A DNA stretch of 64,000 nt from Raillietiella orientalis (Eukaryota), in contig JAYWIR010000011.1 of assembly GCA_036172245.1 (NCBI GenBank), positions 1,612,001-1,676,000 on the forward strand, written 5' to 3'. The notes beneath the pieces were generated by a model. That model saw only the letters and a list, made by a program, of their open reading frames with translations, was not told the DNA's origin and did no database searches. Each line of letters starts with the position of its first letter. Within the stretch, counting starts at the first letter, position 1. The position numbers and the translations under genes were made by a program. Below, one piece after another: positions 1 through 13,955 of the stretch.

Positions 1-2460
1 CGGGAGGAGGAGGAGGAATGGAGCATCTGCTCCCGGAATCCGGGCTTACAAGAATCTGGCAGTCATCTTATCGGTGCGGAGGCGGGGAGTCGAGAGTTCA
101 TCTTGTCCACTCCAGAAGATTCAAGACAAATCCAGGCAGGGGGACGGGAGGGGGGGGGGGGAAGGGTCACTCCTTCTATCGGAAAGGACGCTGAGCGCGA
201 TTCGTGGTGCTGAACTGAGGAGTTTTCGTGGTAAACCTGCTGAGGGTTTCCTCTGGCACGACAGTGGCAACGAAAGAGAACCCTCTGTCCTGGGAAAAGG
301 CTGCAAGGTTCCATGGGAACAGTGGGAGCACTGGGAATCGGCGGGAATCGACGCAGAGAGCGAGCATCTGTCTCTTGAGTGGTCATTCGGGATGGGAACT
401 GCCGCCCTTCGTTTCCAAAAGCAGGCATCCTGCAGCGATTAGTGGAAACTTTTTCGAACGCCGCCGATGGCGCTCAACCTTCGGCCAGGTGTCGTGCGTT
501 CGTCGAAGTCATGAAGTGGAATTCGGTTGACCTGACCGCGGGACCGAACGAGGTGTGCAAGGAGCTCATCTCCTGCCGCGACCGGCAGAAGAGGACAGGA
601 ACGTGACGTCAACTCGTCAACGGTGACGAGCAATGTAAGTGGTCCCCTCTCTTCCCTGGAGAGCAAATAGGAAAAGGCGACGGATGGAGAGGGCAGGTGC
701 CGAAGACACTTACTCCCACCTGGCAGGCTCGCGCCCCTCTCATCTCCTCCATGCCGAGATGACTTCGCCTCCTCGTCGGCCTGGGGCTTTTCAAGTGATC
801 GCTCAGACAGTGGTGGTGACCGTGAAGGCGGTCCCTCGGCGAGAGTCACTCACCTCCCCCATTTGCTAAGGAGGTTTACGAAAAGAAAGGGCAAGCGAGC
901 AGCGACCCTCACCCCAATTTCCCGACCCACCCAGCTCAGTCGCTTCTGGACCGCGCGCGCGGCGGGGAGTTCAAGACCGCGGACGTTCCTGGCCTAGGTG
1001 CGCACTTCTCCTGGCTCGTTCCACTGACTCCTTCCTCGCTGTTCGGATCCTTCCCATTCTCCCTGCAGGCAGGCCGTGGTTTCACCACCGGGAACCAGCG
1101 TGGCCCGGAGTTTCGTCGTCGCGGCGAGGGTCCGGAGACTGGCAGACGGGACCCTCCTCTCCCGGCAAAACTCGACCGTGAGCGTCTGTTCCCGGACGTT
1201 TCGAGGTCTCTTCGACTTCCCTTCTCCCTCGGATCTCTGAACTCCTGCTCGTCGCTCACAGTCACTTCGGCGGGTCAACCGGAGACCGACCAGTCCCTTG
1301 TTCAGCGCGCCAGGGTCTTCAGAATTCCGCTGTTTCAGCATCCAGCCGCCACAGAGCCTCCCGCCTTTTCTTGCCGCAAGCACCCGTTCTTGTAAGGTCT
1401 AGGAAGGGTCCGCGTATCTTAGGTCGTCCCGTGACCGGGGCTGGCGCTGGCGCTGGTCCCCACTAGAGACCAATTGGTGCATTGGGCGTTGTGGGGTCCG
1501 CGGAAAATGGCTACACTGGAATGGCCGCTACGCGTTCCGGAACGACTTCCGGCCGCTGCTCCGTCAGCACCGGTCACGTGGCAGGGAATAAATAAAGGCG
1601 AAGAGGGACGTGTCTCCATGTAAGGGAGGGGTTTTAAGTCGTCTCCCGGGATTGGCCGGTTTGAGGCCACGAGCTCCCATTCTCTCTCGATCGATCCTCC
1701 CTTCCGTAGTGTTCCCTCATTTTTATTTATTCCAAATGATTTATGTATTTATTTTAAACGAATGGCCCGGTGTGCCGGGATAAGGGCTCCCAAGGAAGTG
1801 CTGCGAAGGTTCTGATCTGATCCCCCTGCCTGCCTCCTGGATGCAATCCTGCTTCCGGGACCGCGTTGTCTCGCCCCTGATCGCTGGGTTCCGAACGCAG
1901 GCAAATCCCGGGCAGTGCACCCGATTGCTGTTCTTTGCAGATCGGGGATGCGAAGGAGCGCCGCTGTCTTCAGACAGGAAAATTCGTCCTTCGTGTCTTC
2001 CCTTTTTGCGTTCCGACGACCGGAAGTCCATTTGAAAGGGCGCCAACGCCGATGGCGCCCAGGCGGTCGAGGCGAAATTCGCATCCTGCAGTATCCCGAG
2101 AGAGGTGACCTCACTCGAGCTCCGGGAAATCCTGGATTCCCGCGAATCGACACATTCCGGCCAAGGAAAGGTACCGATGATGCGGCGATCGCGTGAGGGG
2201 CCGGCGGAACCCGTGCCGACTCCTGGAAGAGAGACGCGGGAGCGACCCTGATTGGCATCAGGTAGTGCGTTCCCGCCGAGATCGGACAAAAGCAGGGATC
2301 GGAAGGGCCAGGTTTTCGCAGGATCTCACGGCGAGCGATGGGCGTGATTTCCCTTCGATTCCCCCCGCGGGCGCGCGCCGGGACGGGGAAGCGGGGCCGA
2401 CGGTCGTGAGAGGTCGAAGCGGGAGAGCCGGGTGTTCGTCAGAGCGCAGGCGGCTGACGA

Positions 2461-3519
2461 CGAGCTCCCGAACGGGACGGCGGCGTCCGTGGTGTGAAAG
2501 GGAGGGAGGAGGAAGGAAAAGAAGGAAGAGAGGAGGAGGGAGTGAGGGAGGGGGGGAATGAGAAAAAGAGGAATCTCGATGGCAGCCATGTAACAATGAG
2601 AGCCTCTAGGTCCCGTCGCCATCCGAAGACTCGCACGTTTTTCCCCCTGATGACCTTAGGCAGCAATTTAGGATTTCTCTTCTTCCTCCTGCAAGCGTAC
2701 TCACCCACTTCTAGTAGCGTGCTAGGAGATGGTGACCCTCTCCTGTACAGATCTGGTACTGGAAGAAAGGAGGGAGAAGTCTCTGCCAATGCCCACCCTC
2801 AGGGAGCGGAGCGAGCAACCCGGAAGTCACCGCGCCTCGGCAGGGAAAGGGGGTCCGAGGGGAGCACCCAGATTCCAGCTTCCAGGAAGCCGGGAAGCAC
2901 CCCTTCTGTCTCCAGTGTGACGCGCAGCAAATCCTGGCTGGGGTCGCATCTCCCGATTTCACCCCTCTCCTTTTGTGTCGTGTCACCGCCACCAGTCGCG
3001 AAGACCTATTTTCAAAGAAATGCTTCTGGGATCGGCCTGTTTGATCCTTGTTGGTGTTGGCACCTTGATGGCCGTGCCTCCTGGAGGTGAATCTGGGGTT
3101 GCTCACGCGGAGATAGAGGGTGAGCGGTCTGAGACTCCCCCATACACACCGAGCGCGCGCTGCGAATCCGCTTCTTGTGGGCTCTGCTCGTCGGGCAGTA
3201 GGTGGATCCGAGCGGCACGCATGGAACGGTGGTCGGAGAACCGCAGGGGATCCCCGGCATGGAGGAAAGGGCCACCATACCGTCCGGGGCACGGCTTTCT
3301 CCTGGACGCTTCTCGATGAAGGGGTGCCGCGTGGCTCCCTATGAAGGAGCGCGCGCGTTCCCGAAGCAAACTGGGACCTCGCGTAATTCTCCGGCCGCGA
3401 TTCCACCATCCCCAAATAACCCGTGCGCTTGCGTTCTTCCAGATGCATTGCATTACCTGTGGTCGAGCTTCCGAACGGGACGGCGTCGTCCGTGTTTCGG
3501 AAGGGAGGGAGGAGGAAGG
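2461..3519. repeat. Two diverged direct copies of about 56 bp (2461-2516 and 3464-3519), probably 3' UTR remnants of a repeat family
   Basis: cgagct(c/t)ccgaacgggacggcg(g/t)cgtccgtg...aagggagggaggaggaagg is present twice, about 1 kb apart. Confidence 0.7.
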
Positions 3520-4651
3520 GGAGGAGAAAAGAAAAGAGGAAGAAGTGTTGCTGCTTGATCCATTTCTCGGTTCGGATACTTTTTCGGGCGGGACACTGTA
3601 GGGACGGTCGGGAGCTAGAATGGGGTCCACGATTCGAACTCGAAGGCACATGTAGGTCAGTGCATGCACTCAACTTCTTGCGCTTATTTACCCCATTTCC
3701 CTCTACGGATCCTCTCGAAGGAAACTGCGGTTTCGGAAGTTTGTTTGAGAGCTTGCGGTGCATCAGCTGCGTGCTGCCTGTGGGTGGAGGAATGGGCGGA
3801 AGTGGCCGCCGCGACGAACGGTGGTTTGAAACACCGAGGGCGGCAGCTGAAGTGGACGGGGTTGCTCCGGCAACGCGGTGTGGCACCGGGAGAATGGACA
3901 AAGCGACCGCTTAGCGCTCTCGAGGCCGCAGATGAGGAACAGATCCCGCCAGACGAGCCAACACCTTGGACCGCTGCGGCATAGCAAACAGCTTTTGGAA
4001 AGTTCTGCATCGAGCGAATCCAAGGTGATTGCCGACGAACAGCACCATCCCACAAGAGGGGCCCTACACGAGCCCCTCGCTGCTCTCTGACCTAGGAATA
4101 ATCCAAGCTTAAACGGGCTTAAATTCTTAAATTTGGGCGTCCCGAATCCCGAAAGGCGACCTTTTGAAATCGAGTGGCTTTGTGGTGCGGCCGAAAAAAA
4201 ACAGTTCCGCAGAAACTTCCGCATTCCTCTGATACGTAAGTCCCCATCAGTGAGGTGAAGAAGAAAAGGTTGCGAGGGCAGAAAGCATCGAGTGTGTCGA
4301 GAACGGGATGCATCGATTCGCGCTCTTTCCTGTACCGCTGATCGCCGTCGAATATCCCGGAAGGGAAGCGCTTTCCGAATCTGCTACTAGCGGAGATGCC
4401 CGGCGATGCTGCGCACAGGATGCTCTTCGAGGAAACGCTTTAGGTGAACCTAAGCGCTTTTCCGATTCCCTCCCCTCTCAGTGCACGTTCAGCACAAGCA
4501 ACCCATCCCATCCCCGATTTTTTTGCGTTCGGGAGAACGATTTCCGAGAGGCCTTCCATTTCCTGCTCCGACGTTTCCGTGGAAACGAAAGGCGTCTGCC
4601 TCTTGCCTTCCCGATAAACTAGCGGTCGTCAGGGAAGTCTTGGGGGGGGGG

Positions 4652-4653
<2 letters not shown>

Positions 4654-4684
<31 letters not shown>
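4654..4684. repeat. (AT)n microsatellite next to a G-run
   Basis: Perfect AT dinucleotide run seen directly. Confidence 0.95.
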
Positions 4685-4686
<2 letters not shown>

Positions 4687-7029
4687 GAAAAATAAAAAAA
4701 ACAAAAAGGGAGAGATTTTTGTTTGTCTCCCCACGTTCATTGCTTTCCTCCGAGCCCGGGTGAGCGAGGGGCGGCGGCTCGGTGTTCCCGAACACATCCT
4801 CCTCTCCTTAACCGAATCTTTGCGCAGTTGTCTTGGTATGCCATATCGATCGGCTGCAGGCGCTAATCTGCGAGATCATTTGTTGATGTACGAACCTCCG
4901 TAATTGTGCCGTTCACTTTTCATTTTACTAGATATGCAGAGCTTAGAGGTAAATTGATGTTTTAGATTATCTTGCATGCATATATCACAGTGCCGTAGGA
5001 TAAAAATAAAATGCGAAAAAGGAAAAAAAAAAAAAACCCTATGAGATCCATGGCGATTGTCTGACGACGGAAACACGCCCGATAGCAACGCCGTGGCGCG
5101 GATGAAGTTTGGGGCATGTGTGATTTTCGAATGTGTGCTGGCGAGGGGCACCGGCGACACGCTTCGGACACGTGCCGCAGAGCAGGTGATCCGACGGTCC
5201 CCCTCCCCTCCCTCCCCCCCCAAAAAAAGGGGAAAAAGGAAAAATTTTTTGCATTCGTTTCCGCGTCAAGGCGATCGTAAAATGCTCCCACCGAGAGCTG
5301 GGTGTTGGCAATTTCCTGTCAGCATCCGTCTGTGTTTACGGCGCTGACTACTTTAATTATGCGGTGCAGTGTTTTTCGCACGTGGGCCAGGGGCTGATTT
5401 TATTATATAGCACGTAACAGTTATGTAAGCGATGCGGCCCGTGTCGTCCCTCAGCGGAAAGGCATCGGCGTCAAAATCATCATCATCGTCCCTACTGAAA
5501 TGCAGGCAGGCGAGTAGGCAACGGAGAACTGGACGGAGAACTAGATGACCTAAAAGAGTGATGAGAGGGCTCAACCCTTCTCCTCCTCCCAAATCTGTCG
5601 TCATCGTGAGGACAGATTCGAATTCCTAAATGATTATTTTTGGACGAAACCTTCCCCGGTCGATCACTAGGTGACGATCAAGGAAGCGCAGAATGTGTTC
5701 AGCTCTCGGGATCTTCGTGGTCCCCATTTCGTAATTTCCGAATTTATGCGCTGGAATGGGGACCAGAGTTTATCACCCCACGAGATCGCTTGGGGTCTGG
5801 TGCAGCGGACAAGCACGTCCCCGGATTTGCCAAGTGAGGAGGATGCTGCTGCTGAGTTTCTCTTCTTTGTGGCTCAACCTCCTTGCTGTCCTGCCGGCAG
5901 GCGTGGCAGCAATAGAAACCGCCCGTGGGTCTCGTTCGACCCGGTTGCGAACCGCATGGGCTGTCCGTCCTCTGTGCGGGAAAGAATGCATCTGTCAATG
6001 TTGCGTCTCGTTGAACCCTGCAGTTGCTTTCGAGGTTTTGGACTTGGTGGCTGGGTAATGTGTGAGTGTAGCCACTGACATTAGTCAGTGGTCACACACA
6101 GAGCTCTTCAAGCGTTTGTGGAGTCTGTTCTCTTTACGAGACCCAGACTGGGCCGCACCTGGACTACTTGTGATGCTGCGCAATCACGAACCTGATTACA
6201 GTCTTGCAGATTACAGACTCAGCTTGCCATCCTGCAGCCTATCAGTTTCTCTCTTTTTTACCCCCCCATTGCAACGAAAGAGCTTCCTCATCATTTTTTC
6301 AGCCTCATTCATTGCTTTTTCAAGCGTGCAAGGACACTGTTTTTATCCATCTTACAGGAGGGCGGGGACCAAGGCAAATACCTGCTGTGTCCCTGCACGT
6401 GCATCTGCAGGACAAGGGAGAAAGAAGGAAACGAAGAAAATGCCTTCTTTTTTAGAATCCTTCTTCTTTCACCTTTTTCTTCTTTCGGTAACCATTCTTT
6501 TCCTCCTCCTTCTTTCAATTTCTTGTTCTGGAAACCCTTCTTCTCCTTAGCAGGCAGCGAACGACCAAAACTGTTCTCCAGACGGTTCTCCCTAAACCTA
6601 TCCCGTGGAGTCTACCGTTTGACGAAAATGTGCGACCACTGTCTGCTTGATTCGAAATCTTTCCTCCTCATCTCTGCTGTTTCCCCGTCCTCGTTGGTGT
6701 TTGAAGCTGGCGAAACACTTTCGATGGGAAGACAGGAAAAGTGCTGTCCGCCGTCGTGGTAACCGTCGTCTCGCGTCAAGCTTCCTCAGCCTCCTGTTGT
6801 CTCAGTGACCATGACAGCAGTGCTGATTTCGAACAGCGGCTGCCAGCCGTTGTGGTATCATAGATATTGCACGGTTTCGTGCCAGGAGATTGCAGTGTTG
6901 CCACGTATGCTGAAACGCTGCCCACTGCATCAGCAGCCTTATCTGTTCCCTGCGACCCGATGACTGCTCGTGCAGCTGAGTAACTGTGCTCTTGTGTGTG
7001 AGTGCAGATGCTCCCTTCGTTTCGCTTGA

Positions 7030-7165
7030 CGTTCCGTAACGGAAATTCGATGGCCACCAAATGCTTCCGTGCTGAGGTACTTGGTACCTCTGAGAGCAGT
7101 TCTGCTCCTCGACAGTGCTCCTGCAGAGCGGTCTCCCGGACAACTCCTGTCCTCCCTAAAAAAGG
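7030..7165 (+). mobile_element. Decayed Tigger/pogo-type DDE transposase fragment
   Basis: Frameshifted KCFRAEVL and PLRAVLLLDSAPA..SPGQLLSS resemble the pogo/Tigger DDE_1 signature F.PEV...P.KA.LLLDNAPAH. Confidence 0.45.
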
Positions 7166-10100
7166 AACGCTGTTGCTCGCTTTACATCTTTACGTGGGCG
7201 TGGCAGCTGCTGGAGATGGCTACCACGCCACGAGATCAGTTTTCGATCCCTGGATGTCATTGCAGGTTTTCCGTGGGACCCTCACCTATTTTATCTTACC
7301 TTTTTTTCCTTCTGCGTATGCAAAGAAATGAGTTTCTGGGATGCTCCTTCTCCCGTTTTCCTCCCATCTCCTTGGAAAATTCATGCATCTTTTCCATTTT
7401 CATGAGCGTCTATTTCTTTTTTCTTCTCCTTGAAACTCACAGCTCCAGAGTCCTTTTCCCGGAAAGTGTAGGAGGGTTTACAGCCCTCCTATGCCGGATG
7501 CTGGATCTTCTTGGACGCTTCCTGCTCTCCCGAGATCCAAAGAAAGGCTCCTCGTTCGTGTAAGCGGCGCAGAGAGCGAGACCTCCCTCTCCCCCCCCCC
7601 CATACTATGAGGCAACCGTGTCGCCCCTGCGCCCTCATTTCAGTGGCTCTCGTAACGATTCCGGTCCCCCAGAGCAGGCTCCCTCCTCGTTCCGCACTCC
7701 CAGAGGCGATGACCGTCCGGAAACCCTCACCGTCCGCCAGCTTCCTGCCTCGGAGGTTTGGCGCTGCCTGCTACTAGAAGGGCCGCGGCGGACCGCCGGT
7801 AGAGCGCGCGATCCGTAGACCCACCCTCGGTCTTCTGAGCGCGCGAGCCACCACCAAACGGACTGGGTCGCACACAAGTGCGCGGAACGGGGCTCGGGGT
7901 GAGGGGAGGGGGGGACGAAGGTAGAGATGAGCGCGGAAAACCCACCAGGGATCGCGATGGCGGGAGAGCTGCTGTGTCCTCGGCCGCGTCATCGCCACCC
8001 GGACGGCGTGAACGGTTGGGAACGACCTGCCCGCGAGGGATTCCCATCCCGACGGGCTGGACACGTTCTTGTGTGCGCGCTTTGCGCGGTACCACCGCCT
8101 GCTTCATTCCTGCAGGTGCCCTGCCCCCTCCCCCTCCTGATTCCTGCTTCCTTAACCGCTGCTCTGGTGACCTGGCGCTGTCTCGAGAGGTCCTTTCTAA
8201 GTCTCCTTCAGGCGGGCCGAGCTGTCGCTTTCTCAAGTGGGAGATCAGCGGACGAAGATCAAAGGGGCTCGGATAAAAAGTCTTGTGGGTCCTTCCCTTG
8301 CGGGTTAAGAAAGTTCGGCTGAGAACGGGAACGAAGCAAAGGAACTCCCGAGGGCGTCGACCATGGAAGGCGACGGGGGTAGAACCAGTGGCGCCAGTTG
8401 GACTCCCGAGGAGTGGATGGTTGACCACCACCGCCATCACCGGTCTGCAAGAGGCAGCTACCTCACTTCCGGGTGTCGCGACCTGCTGGAATCGCAGCGC
8501 TTTCCCCGCTGAGCTCAATGCGGTAGCGGTAGCGCTCCTCCGCCGGCGCAGCCTTTGGCTCCATTACATCGCTCCTGAATGACACCTCCTCGACCCCTTC
8601 CCTTACCCTCGGCTGCTTGGACCGGGCCCCACCTGGAAGTCCGGTCTTCCGCGCTGCGCTCAGTCGCCGCTTGCTCTTCCAGACGAGTTCGTCCTTCGCT
8701 GGGTCGGCAGGAGTGAGCGATTCCTCCCCGTCAGCCGGGAGACGCCCGTCCCCGCTGACATGTATGCGTACACGTGTCACGGGCACGCGCACCTTTCGTG
8801 CAGGTGGTGTGCCATTTCGGATGGACTCCGGGTCTGGGGAGCGTTTCCGGCGTTCGCGCACATTGGGTCCTTGCGATGTCACAGGCCGGATTCCGGAGGG
8901 GGAGTCCTCGGCGCGAAGCCAATGCGCCCTCATCACGCACTGTGCTGGTGCTTCCGAGACGCATCTCGAGGTTCCACCTGGTTTCTTACTCTCGTCATTT
9001 CGGGAGGCCGCGTGCAGAAAGAGGAACCTATCTGTCCTCATCAGAAGCCACCGGAGGAGAGCCAGCACTCCTCTCTTTTTCTCGCGGCCCCCAATGCCGC
9101 CCCTGAAGCCACGGCAAGACCAGTTGCCCTCACATCTCTTGCAGGACAAAGCTCCCTCTCCATTCCCCCGGCGGCGATTTCAGGTTCCTCACCTTGAGGC
9201 TCAAACGTCCTCTTGGGTCAGCGCAAGAACGGGTGCATGCGTTCAAGTCCCGCATGCCGTCGCACGCACGTACTCCTTAGCTCTTTGCACGCACTCAGGC
9301 ACACGTGCCGATGGCCGGGCGGCACGCGTAAGAACCTTTCTGCATGTGTACTGGATGGCCTTTGTACGCTTTGTTGTTTGCCTGTGAACACACGGACCTC
9401 ACGTGCACACGTGCGGGTGCCGTGCGCACGCGTGCACGTGCGTCTCGAACCGTAAGTTTCACAGGCACGCTGTACCTGCATGCAACACGGAGAACGAGTG
9501 TGACCACGGGGAGAGGGTTCCTGCGGTCTCTCTTGCGTTCCCCCTTTACGAGGAAGGAAGGAGGAAGAGAGAAACAAAGTTTTCCCGAAAGTCTTCGGTG
9601 TGCTCGCTCGCTCGAGGCCGGAGAAGCTGGTCAACGAGTCCAAGGTCGCTCCGTGCGATCTTCTTGTATGACCTGAGGAAGACAATAGCCCACCGCAGAC
9701 GCGCTTTGCCCCCCGAGGTGCAGATGAGCGAGGGGACTGTCTGTGTCCCTCGGACGTCGACTTCCAGCAGCACGCTCCTCAGGTTTGCAGACCCCTCGGC
9801 GTGCTCCCTTCCTGGGATTCTGGTTGCAACCCGGAATGGCAGCTCGCAGGCAGTGTTGGTGAAAGATCTTCGCCGGTCACCGGCTCGCTCTGCACGTTCC
9901 GTGAGACCTGCATGCCTTCGGAGGGAGCAGGGGGGAGGGGAGGGGATCGCGGACACGCCGTCTAGGCTCTTCGTTCCTCATCTGTATCCGAAGATGCTGC
10001 CTCGCACGTTTCGGCGATTATCAGATCTCGGGCGGCCTCGGAAGCGGTCCGATGCAGCAACGAAACGCGCTCATCCGGCAGCCCACAGACCGGTGCTGGG

Positions 10101-13099
10101 ATGCCAAAACTGATCCTTCGTGTGGGACCAAGAAGTCAGAAGAGCTTCTGGGGAGCGAAGCGCGAGAAAGGAGTTTTTTCTTCTTCTTTTTTCCGCAAGA
10201 GGGAAGCTTCAGTGGATGCGGATTTGGAAACAGCGTCCACCTCGAGCATTTCTCGGTTGAAAAAAGCATTCCTGAAGTCTTCCGTCCGCTACGACTGTTC
10301 TTCCTCGTTTCCATCCGTCCGAAACCGTCCTCCTCTGCCCCTGCTCAGGAGTGGGCGGGTTTCCGACGCTGTGGCACCTCCGCTGCCCGAACGCGCGTGG
10401 TCCTTCTTCCTTTTCGAAAGCTATCGAGAAGAAAGCTCCTCCTTGCAGCTGTCCAGCCGCCATCTGCTCGCGTTTCCCCCTCCAGCCCCCCTGCTCGGGT
10501 CGGAGTCGCAGTGCCCCGCGCTCACGGGGCTGCGTTTCTTCAGTATAACAGCTGGCAGCTGTTGAAGGAATCCAGCGGACTGTTCTACTGCACTGCCTCT
10601 CGATCTCATTACTTCTGGATGCACGTGCGGGTCAATTCAAGTGCGGGAGGGGGCGGGGGAGGTTCACTTTTGATCGGAAGAACGCCCGTTCGCTTGGGGA
10701 AGGAAGGGTTCGTCACTGTTTTGCACGGCGCAGGGCACACAGCAGGAAAAACATCCGGGAGGAGGTTCCGATGCGCTCGCGATCCCCTCCCCCCACGCTT
10801 CCTCTTTCGCAGTAATTGAATCCGAGTCCAACGAGCCGGTCAGGAACACGTCGGGAGAGAGAGAGAGAGCGAGCGGATCGAAAGCCCGGGAATCGAATCC
10901 GCCAATTTCGGGTTTCGTCTCTCTCTTCCATACCGATTCCCTCCTCCTCCTCCGTGCTCCCGGACCCAACCGCGCGCTCGAGAAAGAAGCGCGAAGGAAC
11001 GAGAACCTCCGCAACCCGCCGAAGAGGGAACGCTGAAACGCGGAACCTTCCTTTCTGCTTCCAAGGTAACCTTCTCCCTCCCCCTCTCTCCCTCCTGTTT
11101 GCAGTTCGCCTTTACGTCTGGAGGGAGTGCCGGAACTGATAACCCGAATGGTCCGGCACGCTGCCTCCTTATTTCGTATCACCGGGATTCCGAACGCGTG
11201 TCCGTCCCCCCTTCAAGAGACTGTGTGTTGGGGGGAAGAGGGGGGGGGGGACTTTCGAGCAGTCGACTATTCTTCTCCCCCGCTGCCGCCTCCGAGTGTT
11301 TGGTGAGAGGGTCCGGTTCGTCTTTCGCTCCTTTCACTTCTGGCGAAGTTCAAGGGGGATCGAATCTGCAGGCAACCCGGGCAGCGCGACTCGTTCGCTC
11401 CTGACGAGGAAGGGCGTTGCCGAGGAAACGCCGCTGGCGCTTGCGTTCGGTCCCCGGCGCCTTCCGCAGATCGTCCCGAACGGAAACAACAAGGACAAAG
11501 AAAAACAGCGACGGAGGGTGTTTTTTGCATCTTTTTTTTTCTCGAGGACTTTCTTTGCGGATACCAGGATGTGTGGAATCACCGCCGACGCTCACCCCTG
11601 AGGGTATGCCTCACTCGGAAAAGTACGTTCCCCCCCTTCCCCCTGCTCTTCTTCCACTCCTTCTCTTCTTTTCTTATCTTTCGTTTTTTTGACACTGAAG
11701 ACTGGAACAGGATGAGCAGGAAAAAAGAGGCTTTCTCTCGTCGGCCTTCTGGAATGAGAAATTCCTTCTTGAGAAGAGCGACGCCCCCATTGTTTCGCAG
11801 CTTCCTTGACGGATTGCTGGTGATCAAGGGACGTGTTCGGTGTTCGTGATGGGAATGAGGAGAGGACAGAGAGCGCACACATCTTCCGATTGAGAGTTCA
11901 AAGGAGGATCCCCCGCTGCCTTCCTCCGCCGTCGCTCTCGGAGCACAGCGAAAGACCTCCTTGCGAAGGATGCACGTTTTCTTCGGGACGGGAAGAAGAA
12001 GAAGAAGAAGAAAAAAGCAGCTTCCTCCCAGGGAAGGATGATGACCTCGTCCCGAGTCAATCGCTTCGAGTTTTCGAGAGAGATCGATGGCACGGTTGTC
12101 AGACTCCACGTCTCTGGACCCGTCCGGGCCTCGACTCGCGATCAGGAGCGCTTCTCCCTTTCCCCCCTTTACGTTTTGATTTATCCCAGGATTTCGGTGT
12201 TGGCTTCTTGCAGCGGCAAAAAAAAGAAGAGTGACTGAGAAATTTTATTATTTTCTTGCATTCTTCTATTCCCTCAAGAGCAGAATTGGAGTTGACTTGC
12301 CTATTTTTATTTATGAAGATACAGCTCCTGGAAACTGCATCCCGCTCGTTTTATTACACCGAACATACGAAATCCCTTAATGGCTCCGGCGTCTGTCGGT
12401 CGGACGGAGCATAAAGCCTGGAATCACAGACCAGCGCATCATGAGAGAAGCGATCGCAAGGGGTCCTGGGAAAATGACCCCGTTCCGTCAGTGCCGTTGT
12501 AGGAGTCCCGGTCCCCCGGAAACTGGTGCGGGAGCTGGCCGGACGTTCCTCGTCGTTGCGTCGCCCGTCTCGCTGTCCGGGACGCCCGCTGGAGGTCTTT
12601 CCCTGCTCCTGAAGAGGCGCAGCAGCACCGGGATGTCTGAAGGCTGCAGCGTTCATGCGGCTCCTTCGAAACGCCCCTCTGCTCGTGTAATCACACAATG
12701 CCATCAGCAACCATCGATCTTGGCACGGAAGATTTACTCAGTCTGGATCATTTATGCCATCTTCCGTTTTTCAACCCTTTCCAAATGCTTCTGTTTTCTA
12801 GGAGGAGGAGGAGGAGAAGGAGGGAGAGAAAGAGGAGTGTGTGTGTGTGGGGGGGGGGAGGGTGTGGAAATACTTGTGAATTCAGAAACGAAGGGGACTG
12901 TTTCACGTCTTGGAGCTTCTTGCAGCGCTTTCAGCTTTCCTCTGGAATCGAGAAGGTTCGTACTCGGTTAGACCGGGACATTCCTTTTGCAAAAAAAAAA
13001 ACAAAACTACAAGGAAGAGGGAAAGAAGGGCACACCACAATTATCCCCTCGAAACAAGAAATGCGTCCCTCCCCCCCTCCCGCCAAAAATAGTCCCTTA

Positions 13100-13435
13100 G
13101 TCTCCTCTCCCACCGGCTTCCAAAAAGTAGGGAATAAAGGGAGAGGACAATAAATAAATACAAAAAAAAAAAAGAGTGGGGACGGGGGGTTAGGTATGAC
13201 ACGTTCCTTCCTCTTTAAAAGCGGCTAAGGATGGTGGCAATCTCCCTGGCGACTTCTGGCAGATGAGGCCACCTTGCTGCATTCCTCATGAGGGCTGCTG
13301 CCATGCTGATGGACTTTCTTCGCCGCGACCTTCCTTCTAACACGTGCGGACTGTCACTATGGCGCGGATGCAGCCGACTGTTGCCATCACAGTGCCCTTC
13401 TTCAGTCCGCTTTCTGTGAAGAAGTAGGCATAGAG
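13100..13435 (-). mobile_element. L1/Tx1-like LINE 3' fragment (subfamily A)
   Basis: Minus strand reads YFFTESGLKKGTVMATVGCIRAIV...AAALMRNAARWPHLPEVAREIATILSRF, homologous to the copies at 36.7, 41.7 and 46.1 kb, followed by a T-rich 3' UTR. Confidence 0.7.
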
Positions 13436-13687
13436 TAGGAGGCTTCGCGACCTGCGCGTGGGTTTCCGGAACTCGAAGGCACGCGACCTTCCTCCGCGAG
13501 CGCGCGTGCGGAAGGGAAGGAGGGCGGGGAGGGAAGGAGAATCAGCAATTCATGCTTTTGGTTCCAGGGCAGTTTCGTTTGCAGGAACCCCCTCGCTTCC
13601 TCAATATCCCTCCAAAGGCCCCGCCGCAGACCCCTTCGTTAAGGAACAATGCGGACGCTGCAGCCGTTTATTCATAGAGCGTTTGCT

Positions 13688-13955
13688 ATGATCAATGAAG
13701 TGTATTCTTCATACGCCAACAGTAGTAACGGTGATTTCTTGCAGGAACTTTCCAAGCTGGAAAATCATCGGGGAAATTGGAAAGGTCTATTGATTGCTAT
13801 AATGATGATAATGAGCTTCTCGTCCTTAATTCTGGGAACCATTCTGCTAATGCTGAGCGGAGAGGAACCCAAGTTAAGAGGCGTTCGTTTCACATTTAAC
13901 GACTTCATGGACCCCGAGCTCCATGCAAGAAGTTTCAAAGGATCTTGGACCTCAG
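13688..13955 (+). CDS. DPP10-like exon 1 (cytoplasmic tail and TM anchor)
   Basis: MINEV...ELSKLENHRGNWKGLLIAIMMIMSFSSLILGTILLMLSGEEPKLRGVRFTFNDFMDPELHARSFKGSWTS; donor cag|gtcgg. A good acceptor ttcttgcag|GAA at 13745 would allow an upstream first exon. Confidence 0.85.

Noticed and set aside
2711..3901. 396-aa minus-strand ORF
   Set aside because: It crosses a low-complexity tract and a duplicated UTR-like block and has no coherent protein motif
5635..5675. LDETFPGRSLG, resembling the Tc1-like FPGRWIG motif
   Set aside because: The match is too short and the expected downstream WPPRSPDL motif is not convincingly present
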